A stretch of DNA of 63,068 bases, counting the filler, from Licmophora abbreviata (lineage: Eukaryota): the NCBI GenBank assembly GCA_900291995.1. It is 11 parts of 11 records of this genome, joined end to end, with 100 filler letters (N's around TTAATTAATTAA, not from the genome) between each part and the next. Parts side by side here need not be neighbours in the genome. Positions count along the whole stretch, not along the records: positions 56,226 to 61,748 come from OLMU01001283.1; positions 61,849 to 63,068 come from OLMU01001295.1; 9 more parts are not named here. One strand, 5' to 3'. Shown here piece after piece: positions 58,701 to 63,068 of this stretch. Each line of letters starts with the position of its first letter. Position 1 is the first letter of the stretch. The notes under the pieces are model-generated. The model saw nothing but the letters and a program-made list of their open reading frames with translations. It ran no database searches and was not told the DNA's origin. The translations under genes were made by a program, and so were the position numbers.

Positions 58701-61172
58701 AGCCTTCATTGTCGAATGTAGTGGAGAAATCAATTGAGCCTCCAGAGACGAGAGCGGCGATACAAGCGACCACCGAGGAGAAGCTTTCTCGTCTCGTCGT
58801 ACATTCACCAGTGTTTATGCCCGCCTTGACAGTGCGTAGGCAAAGGCAGAGCAGTCTCATTCGACGACTTGATCTCAATGAAGCATCCAATCTGGTCCAT
58901 GCGGATTCTTCTACCTGAGGCTTTCCTGTATCGACTTCGTCGCGCCCGACCTCGTTCAGACCGACGTTCTGCAGTACGATACTCATGAGTTCAAAGGCGG
59001 AAGAGGTCTTTATTCTTCCGACACTTCGGAAGACTGGAAGCTGCCAGAGGAGATCTTGTTGGGCCCAGACAAAAGAGTGTGAGCCGGAACTGCTGGGCGC
59101 TGCGAATCCAGTCTCAACAATCTGGATCGTTTCTGTACACCCCCGACGAATCATCTGGGTAAGCAGTATCAAAACTAACTCTCCAAGGGAGTCAGACAAA
59201 ACCGAACCACCAGTATGCGAAACAAATCGCAAGTTTGGGCGAAAAAGAATGCCCCAGACACGCTGCCAGACCTGCGACAAAGCGTCCGATCTTTCGCCGA
59301 CTTTCGAATTCGCCCAGGCCACTAGCGCCGACGTCTCTGTAAGTCGAAGAAGGCAAAGAAGTGCCCACAGCTGGGTCTCAAGAGCCCCTTGAGGACCTCC
59401 GCACGTCTCAAGAATATCAGCCACTTGATGGACAACGAGTGCCATGTCTTTCGACGAGCATCCTTTACAGTAGCGCTTGTCGTCTTCAACGGGATCTTTC
59501 GGAATGAGAGTGTGCCAGTTCTGACTAGCACTTGAGCACCAACACTCCCCAAGAGGGAACAGCTCCCCGCAGGCACAGATAAGCTTCAGGAGGGGAATCG
59601 GATTCGTCGGGATCGTCTTCACTTGTTGTGTATCATCACTTTGACAACCTTGCATAGACTCCAGAACATCTCTCAGATCATTCATGTCTTCCGAGCACGT
59701 CATTTCGACGTCGCCTTCACCTCCGAGAATTGATTCTCGTGAAGCAGTAGTGGCTTCGTAAAGCGGTGTTGCAGAAACCGCTGACATGAGCCGCATGGCG
59801 ACTATCTCATACCATGGACTGGCGGTGATCACGCTGGGGCTGCATTGTAGTGGGCTTGGGAGGGGAGGGTTCAGTCCGGCTTCGCCAGGGTCTGCATCAA
59901 CCGACGTGATCTGGCTCAACAGCCAGTTTGTTCGATCAGCATCACTCGCCGACTCCCACTCTGCGTCGACCAAGTAAAGCCGTTGAAGACAGGCGAGCAA
60001 ACGAGCACACAATTCCAAACCGCCTCTGGTGCGCTCTGCCTCTGCGGCATTCATCGCCAATTGCTTGCGCCCTTTCTGCTCCGTTCGAAAGGTGGTCAGG
60101 TTGATCTCCGCGGACGAGCCTGCAAGTCGCCCAAGCTCGTCTTCCAGGAGAGTTCGGATGGTTTCTTTGTCGAGAGACGCGCGGCCGAGTGAGCCAAGCT
60201 CACCAGGGAGTTTCCCTTCTAATCGTCCGGCAGTTTGGCAAATCATTCTTCCAGTGAAAAGGATGGTTAATACGTTAGTTAGCGAAGTACCAGTAGCACC
60301 ATCGCGACGAGTGATACTTACAAATGAGCAAGAAAGTATCGAGTCAGTGCCTCTTGTTCACTCGCAGCCGCCTTTCCACGAAGTTTGCGAGCCATGGTGA
60401 TCACCGGCCTTCCTCGTTTCGTCATCCAGGCCACAGCAAGCTCCGGATAGGATGACAGCAGCGTAGCAGCGGCTCCCAGCATGTACTTGAAATTCTGGGG
60501 CAGCCGTGAATCGCCTCCATCGGCAATATTCTTCAGCCACGCCTTGCTCCAGACACGAATCGTGTCCATGCACTGTGGAAACAAAAGTTCCATGCCGACG
60601 CCCAGTTCTTCGCATGTTTCCAATAGCCGAGAGAACGTCTTCGAGGCCAACACATGTTGCTTGTCTTTTTCCAGGAGGTGCTCTATCTCGGCAAGAATGG
60701 GGTTCAAATGATCTCTTGGACGAAAATGGCAAACGATCATCCGCTCGCAACACATGAAATGGAGCATTTCGACCAGCTCAGAACTGGCTACCGCCACGGC
60801 TTGCTCTTCGACTAACATGGCCAGGCAATGGTCTACCAGCTCAAGGACTAGATCGGCCTTGAGGTACTTCAAGTCGCAAGCTTTCAGTAGCATATATGGC
60901 AAAGTAATGTCAGTAGTCTGGGGCTTGCTCTTCCCTTCCATCACCCTTCGAGCTGAATATAAGGCGGTCTCGAAGACACGGCGCCATAGCTCCGTCAATG
61001 CTGCGCGCTTGCCTTTCGATCCAGCTTCGGCCTCTTTCTCGAGACGAGCTCTGAGTTTCGTATCACTGAGTAGCGAACTGAGTCTCTTTCCAGCCTCGCG
61101 CTTCTTAGGGAGCGAGGATCCCTCTCGAAGCTGCTTCAGCGTGTCGAAGACCTGACGAGATACCGTTGCCAT
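49791..61172 (-). CDS. ATM: ATM/Tel1 PI3K-related kinase (several introns, two gaps)
   Basis: [49 protein letters not shown] region [43 protein letters not shown]-like N-terminus. Confidence 0.93.
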
Positions 61173-62916
61173 CTTCGACAGATACCAGATGATTTTGCAA
61201 TGTCACGGAGATCTTTCCGCGTCAAGTATGATTTGTCTCTCAATATCTTCGGCACTACTCATAAACTTCGCGGAGTTCCTCAACGATCACTTTCACAAAG
61301 TGATGAACAGGAAGTTCCAGCATGTTGGATATATTCTCAGCTGTCCCCCAACCTGTTGCCGTTGCCGGTGTTGCATCGAACCATGAAGCATGATCGAACA
61401 GTGTGCACCTCGACTTTGACAATTTCGGCACGAGGTTTCCGGGAAGTAAAACGTTTGAAATAGAGCGATGTGATTGAGGATCGAATGGATTGATTCATTC
61501 GACTCGTATTCAACCTACAATCTCCTCAGGGGTACATGAATATGGGGTGTAGCACGAGCTAGCCGGCCCAGTACTAAGCTACGTCGGTGTTCTGTTACCA
61601 TCCGTGGCAACACGGCCCGGCTTGTGACATACTGAGAGGTACGAGGTTCTACAGGTAAAACGCATGACGATCGAGTTTTGAGATTTCGGACCACAAGGCT
61701 CTCCGGTCACAACGCGTACATGCACGTGATCCTCTTTGCTGCCACCCANNNNNNNNNNNNNNNNNNNNNNNNNNNNNNNNNNNNNNNNNNNNTTAATTAA
61801 TTAANNNNNNNNNNNNNNNNNNNNNNNNNNNNNNNNNNNNNNNNNNNNAATGTCAGATTTTGTCCCTACCAATGATCTCTCTTCGACATACTCTGCCATT
61901 CAGTTGCAGAAACAACAGGACAAATGTACTTTTGCTGTTGCCTCTGTCCGTTACAGTGCAGAGTAGTTGATTCTAGCAAGCTACTACGTCGACTTGCTTC
62001 ACATGGTCTTCTGTCGTCCAAACAGAAGACGAAGTCAGACAAGCTGCTGCAGCAGCTAAAACAACTCAGCCAGTCCCTCTAACAAGACTCTCTCCTTTTA
62101 CCTGTCTTCTGGGCTGGTTCCTGGAAAACTTTCCGTAGCCCTTGTGGTCGCTCCTAAAGAACATTTGCTTCGCTATCTGTCATTTTCTTAAATGTCAGAT
62201 AATCATTGCAATCCTCACAAATTCCTCCATTTCCTTAGGTTCTCTTCTAGAAATGACTACCAGTACTCGTATTGAGGACCAGCGTGTCATCCGTGTCTTG
62301 GGCTAGGCAAAACATACCATTGTGGACTAGCTAGCTTTATCTGCAAGGTACATTGGAAGGCCGCCCGTCCTACGCACAAACCTACGTACGTAACTTATAC
62401 CATACGACCTGGTACAGTCAAGTACCGATACCAGGTAGTAACCTACCTGGGATGACACCAGGATACAAGGTAGCAAGAGCAGTTCTGATTTCGCGGTTCG
62501 CAGCGGAGCATGCTGACGACGAACTGTTTGCTGATTGGGTTCACAATAAACTTCTGTTGCCTTAGCTCAAGACTTCCCTTTCTTTCCCAATCCCTCAGTT
62601 TCTTCACCTTCATCGTCGTCGCATTGGCCACCAGGGTCGCTCTAACCAATCTGACTCTGTCTTCTGGTGATCTTTTAGGCCAATAGCTAGAGATACCATA
62701 TACCGGAGGTTCCGGCCAAAGTTCAAGGTCGTAAACCTGTGGGTGTAACGGTACCCGTGCTCCACTTGTGGTCTCAGCGGGAGAGTGAACGACATGCACC
62801 GATACCATACGACGATTGGCTCATCCCTCTCTCATCCCTTCTTTCCAAAAGATAGCTGTACTGTCCTTGCTGATAAGACCCAAGAAATTAACGTAGCTCG
62901 TTCAAAGAAGCGCAGG

Positions 62917-63068
62917 ATGAATGCTCCGCTGAAGCGGTTACTACCAGCAATTGGGTCGGCAGCGATTGTGTTCCTCATTGTTGCTTTGCATAGCGTCACC
63001 CATATTACAACCGGTGGCCCTTTCGAGCTCGAACTCAGCCTTCCAAAGCGAAAGCCAGTTCCAATACT
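62917..63068 (+). CDS. Start of a signal-anchor protein, open at window end
   Basis: MNAPLKRLLPAIGSAAIVFLIVALHSV... with no stop before the end; not in the ORF track. Confidence 0.45.
   Translation, partial: MNAPLKRLLPAIGSAAIVFLIVALHSVTHITTGGPFELELSLPKRKPVPI

Noticed and set aside
61849..62900. Possible decayed transposon or MITE (hairpin CCAGGTAG-taac-CTACCTGG at 62431-62450, GTAC-rich short repeats)
   Set aside because: No transposase or RT motifs, terminal repeats or target-site duplication could be identified.
1..63068. CRISPR arrays, rRNA, tRNA, prokaryotic operons or viral genes
   Set aside because: None recognised by eye; the genes are eukaryotic with spliceosomal introns. Small RNAs could still be missed without a covariance search.

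Overview
Gene-dense eukaryotic scaffold, most likely from a diatom (stramenopile). Evidence: short GT-AG introns, a bipartite plastid-targeting-like presequence, and diatom-type families (DUF6824-like, sulfotransferase-like, PhoX-like). Ten 100-nt artificial spacers (44N-TTAATTAATTAA-44N) join contigs. About 25 genes: a tandem sulfotransferase-like pair, a Bub1-like pseudokinase, a PDZ/PHD chromatin protein, QTRT2, a JmjC oxygenase, a claudin-like protein, PhoX, CWC25, PAF1, a NERD1-like FG-GAP protein, PRP4 kinase, ISWI, an LTA4H-like M1 peptidase, a PHT4/SLC17 transporter, an orphan secreted protein, a double-PH protein, a DUF6824-like protein, a TRP-like channel, RPS11 and ATM. I see no convincing novel multi-gene system, CRISPR array, rRNA/tRNA or intact transposon. 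Best leads: a three-copy 40-aa repeat in the PHD protein; an orphan secreted gene, hidden by two frameshifts, sitting between diverged direct repeats of the neighbouring gene's 3' end; a series of homopolymer +1 frameshifts (probably sequencing error); a tail-anchored LTA4H; and recurrent promoter motifs. All family calls are motif recognition by eye, not database searches.
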